Virus record (IMG/VR): IMGVR_UViG_3300033145_003233
Coordinates: 62,001-126,000 of that record
Strand: one strand, 5' to 3'
DNA length: 64,000 nucleotides
Positions 29,717 to 38,465 of the stretch are shown piece after piece. Numbering within the stretch: the stretch's first letter is position 1; each line of letters begins with the position of its first letter. The translations under genes were made by a program, and so were the position numbers. The notes beneath the pieces are model-generated. The model worked only from the letters and a program-made list of their open reading frames with translations. It ran no database searches and was not told the DNA's origin.

Positions 29717-30260
29717 AAATGGATTTGTAAGCAATAGCTCAAGTAGCTCTTTTGTTATAGCCTTTCCGAGCAAACCGAAATCAATAGAAGATGTTAAAAA
29801 AATGATATTCGGACAACAAGAGTGGCATTATTCGGGATATATAGGAAGAGATGAGAGTGACGTTCCAACTCTACCTATTGCAGAGAATGTTTTTTCCAAA
29901 ATAGAAAAGAAAGCAACTAAAAAAGAAATCTTAGAATCAATTAAACATGGATGGTTTGGCCCATATTATGATTCTCTTGAACATCTTCCTGGATATAAAA
30001 GCAGAGATATAGGTGATCAAAAAGAACTTCAAGCATTAAAACATGGTTCTCCTGAGTGGCATAAGCTTTATGATAAAATTGCTAAAGTCGAAGATGAAGA
30101 AAATGAGAAAAGAGCCAACGATATCGTTGAGGCATTTATGTTAATGAATCACAAAAGCTATTTTGTGGTTATGGATTTTTCTGATAATGATGGAGAAGCA
30201 ATAGAAGAACATACAGAGATCTTCGGAAGACTTCCACATATTAGAACAAGTTATCACTAA
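29706..30260 (+). CDS. MKIRxGFVSNSS-family protein 7
   Basis: Starts MKIRNGFVSNSSSSSF at ATG 29706. Confidence 0.8.
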   Translation: MKIRNGFVSNSSSSSFVIAFPSKPKSIEDVKKMIFGQQEWHYSGYIGRDESDVPTLPIAENVFSKIEKKATKKEILESIKHGWFGPYYDSLEHLPGYKSRDIGDQKELQALKHGSPEWHKLYDKIAKVEDEENEKRANDIVEAFMLMNHKSYFVVMDFSDNDGEAIEEHTEIFGRLPHIRTSYH

Positions 30261-30268
30261 GGAATATT

Positions 30269-30610
30269 ATGAAAATCAGAACAGGATTTATAAGTAATAG
30301 TAGTAGCTCTAGCTTTCTATGTAGGGGAAATTTTACGCCAGAAGAAGCAAAAGATATTTTACAAGAGACATTGGATTTTTACAATAAAATGTGCGGCACT
30401 GACAAGACTTTTGGAAGTGTTTTTGAAGAACCTAGATTAGGAACCAAAGCTGATTTTAAATTTTATTCTGAAGATTGGGAAATTGGAGTTATTGAAGAAG
30501 AAGTTGTTGGACATCTTATTATAAATGGTTGTGATGATAACTCTATTCCTTACGAATTATTTTATTTAATAGAGCGCAAATTTGACGCTCAAAGGTTTCA
30601 TTTAGGATAA
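30269..30610 (+). CDS. MKIRxGFVSNSS-family protein 8
   Basis: Starts MKIRTGFISNSSSSSF. Confidence 0.8.
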   Translation: MKIRTGFISNSSSSSFLCRGNFTPEEAKDILQETLDFYNKMCGTDKTFGSVFEEPRLGTKADFKFYSEDWEIGVIEEEVVGHLIINGCDDNSIPYELFYLIERKFDAQRFHLG

Positions 30611-30624
30611 GAGGGAGACAAATT

Positions 30625-31014
30625 ATGAAAATAAGAACAGGATTTATAAGCAATAGTAGTAGTTCTTCTTTTGTCGTGCTGGGAGAATGGGTGGCTAGGT
30701 GGAGAGCAAAAGAAGAATTTGCAAATGGAAATAAAAAAATTTACGCTATTGGGGATTCCCTTGGAGATGGAGACGACATTATCCATGTAACCCCCAAACT
30801 AGCCAAATACTTATTCTCCGAATCTCCTGATTTTGATTTTGGAGATATGCAGTTTCTTATAGCTATCGTAGCGGCCAGTGGAGAAGGAACATTTAATACA
30901 TCAGATATTGACCCTACTAAAAATATAGAATTAACCGTAGTCTCTCTGGAAAAGGATATGCATTCCTGCCAGACAAAAGCAGATTTATTAGATATTTATG
31001 GAATAGAAAAATGA
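30625..31014 (+). CDS. MKIRxGFVSNSS-family protein 9
   Basis: Starts MKIRTGFISNSSSSSF. Confidence 0.8.
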   Translation: MKIRTGFISNSSSSSFVVLGEWVARWRAKEEFANGNKKIYAIGDSLGDGDDIIHVTPKLAKYLFSESPDFDFGDMQFLIAIVAASGEGTFNTSDIDPTKNIELTVVSLEKDMHSCQTKADLLDIYGIEK

Positions 31015-31373
31015 AAATCAAAAGAGGTTTTGTAAGTAACAGTTCGACAACATCGTTTATGGCATACGGAATATGCGCAGATAGTAATGAAATTATGGAA
31101 GCCCTTAAAGAAACAGGAACAATTACCGATGGAGAAGATTTTGAATGTATCTCAGACTGGACATGGGATAATCGTAAGGTTCTTGAAGATATGGAAATCG
31201 ATTGTTGGCTTCCTCCGTATGACGATACTTGTTATATGGGAGTTAGTTATAACTGTCTTAAAGATGATGAAACTGGTAAGCAATTCAAGGACAGAGTTAC
31301 AGCAGAAATGAAAAAATTATTAGGGGATAAATTTGATTTCTCCATTATCGAAGATGGATGGAGAGACGGATAA
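31011..31373 (+). CDS. MKIRxGFVSNSS-family protein 10
   Basis: Starts MKIKRGFVSNSSTTSF. Confidence 0.8.
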   Translation: MKIKRGFVSNSSTTSFMAYGICADSNEIMEALKETGTITDGEDFECISDWTWDNRKVLEDMEIDCWLPPYDDTCYMGVSYNCLKDDETGKQFKDRVTAEMKKLLGDKFDFSIIEDGWRDG

Positions 31374-31387
31374 GAAAGAGGTAAGCA

Positions 31388-31786
31388 ATGAAAATTAGAA
31401 TAGGTTTTGTAAGCAATAGCTCAAGCACATCTTATGTGCTAGCTGTAACAAGAAATTTCAAGCTCACGGACGAAAAGAGAAAAGAACTATTTGAAGAGCA
31501 TGTCGATTGGAGCGGCGAAGAAGATATAACAATAGACCAAATAGATGGATACTTTCAGGACATCATTGAACGACTATGCTCTAGTGGAGAAGTATATGAA
31601 GATGATGATGAGCCTCCTCTATTTTACCCCTTTATTACCGTATTTGAAGATGAGATACTCTTCACAACAATAGAGGCAGGTCCAGGGCAAGGAGTCCATA
31701 TCAATCTTCTATCTGACAAGGAAATAGAAAAAACTCTTAAGAAAATGAAAAAAATAATCTCTGAGAATGATGAAACATCATCATAG
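31388..31786 (+). CDS. MKIRxGFVSNSS-family protein 11
   Basis: Starts MKIRIGFVSNSSSTSY. Confidence 0.8.
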   Translation: MKIRIGFVSNSSSTSYVLAVTRNFKLTDEKRKELFEEHVDWSGEEDITIDQIDGYFQDIIERLCSSGEVYEDDDEPPLFYPFITVFEDEILFTTIEAGPGQGVHINLLSDKEIEKTLKKMKKIISENDETSS

Positions 31787-31849
31787 ATTTTCTCAATATT
31801 TTCTTGAAAAGTGATTGTATCTATAATATAATCTTTGAAAGGATTTCCT

Positions 31850-32512
31850 ATGACAAAACAAAGAATCTTATTATTTGGCGGCACATTTAACCCTATCCAT
31901 GTGGGACATCTCCTAATGGCCCAGGAAGCCGTAGAACGTCTCAATTTCGATAAAGTCATTTTTATACCCTCTGCTATCCCCCCCTTCAAGAAAAGCCCTG
32001 TATCGTTCTCTCAGAGGCTCAAAATGGTCACTATGGCTATCGATGGTATAGACTATTTCGAAGTTTCAGATATAGAGGCAAAAAGGGGTGGTCCAAGCTA
32101 TACAATCGATACTGTCAGATATTTCAAAGAAAAATGCCAGAACTGGGCAAAAATCTATTGGATGATAGGTTCTGACTGTGTTAAAGAGTTAACAAAATGG
32201 CATAAAATAAGAGAACTTCTTGATGAATGCATATTTGTGATAGCCGAAAGAAATCAATATAGAAATTATGAGGGGGGAGATTTTATGTCGTTTGTTTATG
32301 AAACCCTGAAAGAAATAGCAGATATAAATCAACCTATCATGACAAATCATTTTACCCCTCTTATTAATAGGGTATTAGAAATTTCCTCAAGTGATATCCG
32401 AGATAGATTAAGATGTGATGAATCAATCAGGTTTTTAGTTCCTGAAGCAATAGAACAATATATAAAAGATAATGAACTCTATTCAAATAACAGACAACAT
32501 ATCGCTGTATAA
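31850..32512 (+). CDS. nadD: Nicotinate-nucleotide adenylyltransferase
   Basis: ILLFGGTFNPIHVGHL, SYTIDT, WMIGSD, ISSSDIR. Confidence 0.92.
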   Translation: MTKQRILLFGGTFNPIHVGHLLMAQEAVERLNFDKVIFIPSAIPPFKKSPVSFSQRLKMVTMAIDGIDYFEVSDIEAKRGGPSYTIDTVRYFKEKCQNWAKIYWMIGSDCVKELTKWHKIRELLDECIFVIAERNQYRNYEGGDFMSFVYETLKEIADINQPIMTNHFTPLINRVLEISSSDIRDRLRCDESIRFLVPEAIEQYIKDNELYSNNRQHIAV

Positions 32513-33296
32513 CGGAGAAGCGGAGAAAGTTATTCCCATTTTAGAAGATGATAGCATTGACTTGACTATCACTTCTCCACCCTATAATGTAAAATTAGGG
32601 GATAACAAGTTTAATAAGAATCCCTACGACTTATACAACGACAATAAAGATCATAAAAAATACATAAAGTGGTTAAAAGATATCTTCTCTAGACTCTACC
32701 CCAAATTAAAATCAGGAGGAAGAGTCTGTATTAATATTGGAGATGGGAAAAATGGAGCAATTCCAACCCATGTGGATATTATCCACTTTATGACAAGAGA
32801 ATTAAAATACATTCCTATGGCTAATATTATATGGAACAAAAGCCAGATAGGGAATAGATTTTCATGGGGGAGCTATATGTCTCCTAGTTGTCCTTCTTTT
32901 CCCAAACCATTTGAATATATAATGGTTTTTGCTAAAGAAACTACAAAATTACAGACAAAAGGAGAGACAGATCTAGTTCCTAAACAATTTATAGAATGGG
33001 CATTTTCTATATGGAATTTTGCCCCTGAAACAAAGATGAAAAAAATAGGCCATCCAGCAATGTATCCTGTTATACTTCCCTATAGATTAATAAAAATGTT
33101 GAGTTGGACAAATGCTACAATTCTTGATATTTTTAATGGAGCAGGGACTACAGGTGTTGCTTGTGAGCAGTTAGGTAGAAAGTATATTGGAATAGAAATG
33201 TCTAAAAAATATTGTGATATAACAGAGAAAAGAATAAAAGATACAAGACCATTAAGCGAAATAAATATGTTTCCGGGAGAAGAAAAATGGATATAG
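32472..33296 (+). CDS. DNA methyltransferase (N4-C/N6-A, beta class)
   Basis: ITSPPYN catalytic motif precedes HPAMYP and DIFNGAGTT (SAM-binding). Confidence 0.9.
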   Translation: MNSIQITDNISLYNGEAEKVIPILEDDSIDLTITSPPYNVKLGDNKFNKNPYDLYNDNKDHKKYIKWLKDIFSRLYPKLKSGGRVCINIGDGKNGAIPTHVDIIHFMTRELKYIPMANIIWNKSQIGNRFSWGSYMSPSCPSFPKPFEYIMVFAKETTKLQTKGETDLVPKQFIEWAFSIWNFAPETKMKKIGHPAMYPVILPYRLIKMLSWTNATILDIFNGAGTTGVACEQLGRKYIGIEMSKKYCDITEKRIKDTRPLSEINMFPGEEKWI

Positions 33297-33337
33297 TTTT
33301 AATTGTCCCCACAGGGATAGGTTGTAAAATAGAGTAA
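33287..33337 (+). pseudogene. Truncated 5' remnant of the DUF3326 gene
   Basis: Encodes MDIVLIVPTGIGCKIE*, nearly identical to MNIVLIIPTGIGCEIG at 36234. Confidence 0.75.
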
Positions 33338-33382
33338 AACTGGCTAAAATAAAGGTATTAATTTATTTTTTTTAGAATAGTA

Positions 33383-33410
33383 TTGAAAAGTGATTATTAA
33401 TCACTATAAT
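33383..33410 (+). promoter_or_regulatory. Promoter with operator-like palindrome
   Basis: TTGAAA-N16-TATAAT; the spacer region carries the inverted repeat AGTGATTA-T-TAATCACT. Confidence 0.6.
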
Positions 33411-33514
33411 GATTTTAGACTTTTGAGAGAATATCTTAAGAGCATTATAGATTATTTTTAACTAGTTTAGTAGTACCGTATGGGCTATTAGACGCAATGT
33501 AAAGGAAACGTATT

Positions 33515-35164
33515 ATGTTAGAACAAAATGTAGTGAACAGTTCACAGGAGCCTTCATTTAAGTATGGTAAGGTTTCAATTCAACCATCACCAATGTTGAT
33601 AGATTCCATTCGTTATTCAGGTCATAATTATAAAACAGCTATAAAAGACATTGTTGATAATAGTCTTGACGCTGGGGCAAGTGAAATTTTTATTTTGATA
33701 GGGAAAGAAGATAAAAAATCAAGAATAGTCATTGCAGATAATGGAAGCGGGATGTCCCCCGCCACTTTGCAGAAAGCTTTTTCTCTGGGCTGCTCTATTA
33801 AAAATGGAGGTACAGATCAAAAGTTGGGTAGATTTGGAATGGGTTTAAAAACTGCTTCAGGATGCTTAGGCAATGAGTTAGTTGTTTTAACAAAAAGTGA
33901 AGGAAAAAGCCTTATTAGAGGAGAGCATTTTTTCAAGAAGATAGAGAAAGAAGGATGGTTCGCTAATATCTCAGTCGCTAATGATGATGATAATGAATAT
34001 TTCAATAATATTTTTAAAAGTAGCAAAAAGGGGACAATAATTATAATTCAAGATCTTCGTATTTCAGATAATATCTATCAACTTAAGGAACCTATGTTAA
34101 AAGAAATTGGAAGAACATATAGATATTTTCTTGCTCCAAAATTAAAAAAAGATCAATCTCCGGCACCGATAGGAAAGATAAAAATGTATTTTGGATCTTC
34201 TGTTTCAAATTGTAAACCCGTATATGGTCTAGATCCTTTAGAGCGTCAGCATAAGGATACAAAGATTGTGTTAGAAGAGGATGTAAAATTAGATAATGGT
34301 CGTAGTTTTAAAGTAAGCATATCTATATTGAACAGAACGTCTCTAGATTGTGACCTTAATTTTAAACCTACTTTAATAAATCAGGGAGTTTATATAGTTA
34401 GAGAAAATAGGGAGATACAAGCGCATACTGCTAAACATAGACTTTTTGGAGGAAAAGTGAAAGATCCTCATATGAATTACATCAGAATGGAAATAAGGTA
34501 TTCTAATATGGACGATGTATTTGAATTAAATAACACTAAAACGAGCATTGAAACAATTGATCAACCTATCGCTGATAAAATCGAGACACTAACAAGTTCT
34601 TATATTAGCCAGTGGGCTAAGGATTGTAAAAAAGCTTCCAGTGTTGACTCTACAAAGGGGCTAGATAAAATTCTTTTAAAAGCTCAAGAAGAGGTTGAGG
34701 GCAAAAAGAATATTTTAGAATTGCCATCGGCTGCGAAAGGTAAAAAAAGACCAGGCACAACGGATAAAAAAGGAACAGTAAAAGGTACAGGAGAAGGATC
34801 TCATCACTCTAATAAAGAACCTAAAGAACCTAAAGATTATAGCAATAAACCTAAAGATTATGAATTTAAAGAGAGAGATATGTCAGAAGCTGGCCCTATC
34901 TTTGAATATGGAGGTCTTGATAATGGGGTAATAGAGATTACATGGAATGTTGCTCATCCTTATTTTTGTAAATTTATTGCTGGTAATATTGATAAAGATT
35001 CTAATGATAGTTTACTTTTATCATTACAATACATGGCATTCGCTATGACATCTTCATTTATGATTTTTTGTCAGAGGGCTAATATGGAATATGAAGATGC
35101 TCAGGTTCTTACCGAAAATATGATGGGAACAATTTCTAATAATCTAAGAGCCTTGTCAAGATAA
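33515..35164 (+). CDS. GHKL (HATPase_c_3, MORC-like) ATPase
   Basis: DIVDNSLDA, IADNGSGM, GRFGMGLKTAS, KGT motifs. Confidence 0.85.
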   Translation: MLEQNVVNSSQEPSFKYGKVSIQPSPMLIDSIRYSGHNYKTAIKDIVDNSLDAGASEIFILIGKEDKKSRIVIADNGSGMSPATLQKAFSLGCSIKNGGTDQKLGRFGMGLKTASGCLGNELVVLTKSEGKSLIRGEHFFKKIEKEGWFANISVANDDDNEYFNNIFKSSKKGTIIIIQDLRISDNIYQLKEPMLKEIGRTYRYFLAPKLKKDQSPAPIGKIKMYFGSSVSNCKPVYGLDPLERQHKDTKIVLEEDVKLDNGRSFKVSISILNRTSLDCDLNFKPTLINQGVYIVRENREIQAHTAKHRLFGGKVKDPHMNYIRMEIRYSNMDDVFELNNTKTSIETIDQPIADKIETLTSSYISQWAKDCKKASSVDSTKGLDKILLKAQEEVEGKKNILELPSAAKGKKRPGTTDKKGTVKGTGEGSHHSNKEPKEPKDYSNKPKDYEFKERDMSEAGPIFEYGGLDNGVIEITWNVAHPYFCKFIAGNIDKDSNDSLLLSLQYMAFAMTSSFMIFCQRANMEYEDAQVLTENMMGTISNNLRALSR

Positions 35165-35192
35165 GTAGATGAATATAGATTTTTTAATTTTC

Positions 35193-35229
35193 AAGGCTAT
35201 AACTCGACATCAGGGTTATAGCCTTTTTT
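35193..35229 (+). terminator. Intrinsic terminator between convergent genes
   Basis: AAGGCTATAAC...GTTATAGCCTT followed by a T run. Confidence 0.8.
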
Positions 35230-35251
35230 GCAAATAGAAACGAATGTAATT

Positions 35252-35947
35252 TTAACCTGTTTTGAGATATTCATTTATTTGTTTTTTATTGTTATTTTTA
35301 TATCCATATTTTTTATGAAATTTTGAGTGACAGTCATTACAAAAAGTTATCCCATTAAATTTTATAAATCTTAATTTTTTGTTATTTATATAATTTTTTA
35401 TATGGTGAGCATTTAACTTTCCTCTTAGTTGAAAACATTTTTGACAGGTATATTGATCTCTTTTATATACTTTTTCTCTCCATTTTTTATAAAATGGACT
35501 TCTTCTTCTGTTTTTGTTATCTTCTCTTTGTTTGTCAGTTAAATTTGGATTGTAGTTATAATGATTGCATCCAGAATTTTTTTTAATACCACATTTTTTA
35601 CATCTTTGTCCTAATCTGAAGTGGTCAAAAACTATTTTGCTAACATCTCCGCAATTGCATTTATATTTTAATTTGCTGCGTGCATTTTTATATTCTTTTT
35701 CTAATAATTCACAATTTTCTTTTTTAAAAAAGGTATTTACGTATTCATACGTCAGTTTTTCTCCTCCTTTGCATTTTGAACATCTTTGGCCTATTTTAAA
35801 AGATTTGAAATTTATTTTGCTAATATTGCCACAATTACATTTATATTCTAGATGGGTTTTATTATCTTTATATTCTTTTTCTAATAATTCACATCTTTGC
35901 TCTTTGAAATATTCCTTAATATACTTAAAAGTATATTTTTTACTCAT
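35252..35947 (-). CDS. HNH endonuclease with two N-terminal Cys-rich repeats
   Basis: Two CELLEKEY...KCNCG...GQRC repeats; RDQYTCQKC...LNAHHI...NGITFCNDCH. Confidence 0.85.
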   Translation of the reverse strand: MSKKYTFKYIKEYFKEQRCELLEKEYKDNKTHLEYKCNCGNISKINFKSFKIGQRCSKCKGGEKLTYEYVNTFFKKENCELLEKEYKNARSKLKYKCNCGDVSKIVFDHFRLGQRCKKCGIKKNSGCNHYNYNPNLTDKQREDNKNRRRSPFYKKWREKVYKRDQYTCQKCFQLRGKLNAHHIKNYINNKKLRFIKFNGITFCNDCHSKFHKKYGYKNNNKKQINEYLKTG

Positions 35948-36090
35948 TTTTTTCTCTCTAAATAATAGTCTATTATTTTTCTAGTCATTTCAGAAAAAGT
36001 TATTTCTCTATTTTCTGCTTCTTTATAAATTGCTTTGTGTTGTTTTTCTGTTATATACATTTCTGTTCTTCTCATTTTCTTTTTTGACAT
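35944..36090 (-). CDS. Small ribbon-helix-helix (CopG-like) protein, not in the ORF track
   Basis: MSKKKMRRTEMYITEKQHKAIYKEAENREITFSEMTRKIIDYYLERKK; AGGAG SD; stop overlaps the HNH start. Confidence 0.65.
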   Translation of the reverse strand: MSKKKMRRTEMYITEKQHKAIYKEAENREITFSEMTRKIIDYYLERKK

Positions 36091-36233
36091 TTTTATTTCT
36101 CCTATATATTATATACGGTGTTATAACTGATACTCCTCTTTTTATCGGAAATTATTAAAAACTTCTTTAAAAGTGAATGAATAAGTTGTATAATAAGAAA
36201 TAGATTATATAATTAAATTAAGGAGAGCAAGGT

Positions 36234-37268
36234 ATGAATATAGTATTAATCATTCCCACAGGGATAGGATGTGAAATAGGAGGCAATTGCGGAGATGCCA
36301 ATCCAGTAGCTAAATTAATTGGGAAATGTTGTGACAATCTTATTCTACATCCAAATGTAGTTAATGCTTCAGATGTAAATGAAATGCCTGAGAATACATG
36401 GTACGTAGAAGGAAGTCATCTAGATGAGTTTTTAGAAGGAAATTTATTTTTAGAAAGAGTTCATCAGAATAGAGTTTTAATAGCAGTAAATAAAGCAGAT
36501 TGGCAATCTATAAATGCAGTTTCTGCTGCTAGAGCAACAATAGGATCTAATGCAGAAATTATTGAATTAGAGACTCCTCTGGAATTAATTGCTCAAATAA
36601 AAAATAAAGTAGCCACAGGAAAAGTTAATGGATGGGCAAGACTAGTGGAGCAATTAGCTCCATATGAATACGATGCCTTAGGAATAGCCACTCCTATTAC
36701 AATTTCCGAAGAAATGTTAAGACATTATTTTAAAGTGGGAGGAGTAAATCCTGTTGGTGGAGTAGAGGCTGTTGCTACTAGATTAATAGGAAGTGCCATT
36801 GGAAAGCCCGTAGCTCATGGACCAGTAGACTACGCAATACCTGGATTTGAAGAGATAGTAGATCCTCGAAAAGCTGTTGAAGTAGTTACGTTAAATTTTA
36901 TTCATTGCTTATTAAAGGGCCTTAATAAAGCCCCTAAACTTATCTTCCGTCCATTTGAACATAAGTTCGATAATAAAAGTAATAAAAGTCTAGGAGTGGA
37001 AGATGTAGATTTTATGATAAGCCCTCATGGATGCTGGGGCCGGCCTCATAAAGCTTGCAGAGAAAAGGGTATTCCTATTATTATAGTAAAAGAAAACACA
37101 TCTGTTCTTAATGATGGCTATCCTTCTGGAACTGATTTGATTTTTGTAGAAAACTATCTTGAAGCAGCTGGATATATTCAATCTATCAAAGCAGGAGTTA
37201 ACCCTTCTTCTGTAATAAGGCCATTAACGAGTACTATAGTGTGGTCTTCTAAGAACCAACAGCCTTAA
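36234..37268 (+). CDS. DUF3326 family protein
   Basis: IIPTGIGCEIGGNCGDANP, LILHPNVVNASD, NYLEAAG. Confidence 0.8.
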   Translation: MNIVLIIPTGIGCEIGGNCGDANPVAKLIGKCCDNLILHPNVVNASDVNEMPENTWYVEGSHLDEFLEGNLFLERVHQNRVLIAVNKADWQSINAVSAARATIGSNAEIIELETPLELIAQIKNKVATGKVNGWARLVEQLAPYEYDALGIATPITISEEMLRHYFKVGGVNPVGGVEAVATRLIGSAIGKPVAHGPVDYAIPGFEEIVDPRKAVEVVTLNFIHCLLKGLNKAPKLIFRPFEHKFDNKSNKSLGVEDVDFMISPHGCWGRPHKACREKGIPIIIVKENTSVLNDGYPSGTDLIFVENYLEAAGYIQSIKAGVNPSSVIRPLTSTIVWSSKNQQP

Positions 37269-37575
37269 ATTTTCCAACAGGACAAGTGAGTTTAAGATTC
37301 TGAGAAATAGCAACGAGAGAAAGTCCTTTTTTAATTTTGTGGCATATCCTTATTCTGGACTTTTCTTCTAATCTAGTTTGTATTGAGTGTGAACATTTGC
37401 TACATATAGCACGTCTTTGAGCTTGTATCCCCAGCTTTAGTTGCTCTGCTTTCATGACTTTACCATTTTTTACTAATCTTTTTGCTTTCAGCTTTCTTGC
37501 TTTCCGCATAGCTTTATTCTTAGCTTTATCTCTAGCTATTCTATTTTTTCTAGCTTTTCCACAACCGCAGCCCAT
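37249..37575 (-). CDS. Basic Cys-containing hypothetical protein
   Basis: MGCGCGK start, CSKC and CPVGK; GGGAG SD. Confidence 0.6.
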   Translation of the reverse strand: MGCGCGKARKNRIARDKAKNKAMRKARKLKAKRLVKNGKVMKAEQLKLGIQAQRRAICSKCSHSIQTRLEEKSRIRICHKIKKGLSLVAISQNLKLTCPVGKFKAVGS

Positions 37576-37641
37576 ATAGTTCTCCCTTTTATTATTGGTA
37601 ATAATTAATCGAAAACCTTTATAGATCTCGATAAATATATT

Positions 37642-37971
37642 ATGGATAAATACGAAAACATGAGAAAAATTATAAAAGAAGAAAATAATGATGTCTTATT
37701 TTTAGCACATGAGTTTAATGAGGCCCTTATGGGCAGTTGTCTTATTGAAACAAATAAAGCTGTGGCTGTTTATGATACTGATATTTATATAAGAATATTA
37801 ATAAAGAATCTTGAAATAGAAGAGCTAGAGGCATTGAAAAAGTTAGAAGATTGTATTCTCTATTATTATGGCTACCCAAATCATCCGGTATTTATTAATG
37901 ATTTTAGACGAATAAAAATGGTTAATCTTGAACATTTAGAACCAACAGATACAATAGAAGATCTATCTTAA
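37642..37971 (+). CDS. Hypothetical protein
   Basis: 109 aa ORF. Confidence 0.6.
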   Translation: MDKYENMRKIIKEENNDVLFLAHEFNEALMGSCLIETNKAVAVYDTDIYIRILIKNLEIEELEALKKLEDCILYYYGYPNHPVFINDFRRIKMVNLEHLEPTDTIEDLS

Positions 37972-38351
37972 GAAGCGCAAACAGGCCACTCTGATATATC
38001 ATATCCTATATCTTCAGATATGTAGGACCAGTTAATGGGAATGCAACCTTCATCCCATGAAACTCCATTAATAAATACTGCAAGGTCTCCATAAGTTCTC
38101 TCAGTAAAAACATTTATTGCTTTTATAATCCTTTTTCTTTCTCCGTCTATATCCCAGTTATCTAATGCCCATCTATGAAATCTATCCATTTTACCAAGTA
38201 AAGCAAGTTCAGCGGCGAGTCCATCATCAGAGCTATCTATATCCACAATGGTTAAAAGAGCATTATAGATGTAGCCCACAGCCCCCGGTTTATCTGTAAC
38301 GGTAGCTTCTATGTCTAAAACGAGTGATTTATAAGTCTCTTCCCATGCCAT
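37968..38351 (-). CDS. Hypothetical protein
   Basis: 127 aa ORF. Confidence 0.6.
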   Translation of the reverse strand: MAWEETYKSLVLDIEATVTDKPGAVGYIYNALLTIVDIDSSDDGLAAELALLGKMDRFHRWALDNWDIDGERKRIIKAINVFTERTYGDLAVFINGVSWDEGCIPINWSYISEDIGYDISEWPVCAS

Positions 38352-38465
38352 AATACTATTAATTTCTATTTTTACCCTAAATTTCCTCTAAATTCCAGTT
38401 TTTTTGTTGGAAAGTGAATGTGTTTTCGATTATAATATATAGACATAATATTCAGGAGATGAAAA

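Noticed and set aside
26790-31786. MKIR array as a DNA-level shufflon, DGR target set or CRISPR-like repeat array
   Set aside because: The shared starts are synonymously diverged rather than identical repeats, and no recombinase, reverse transcriptase or template repeat is visible in the window.
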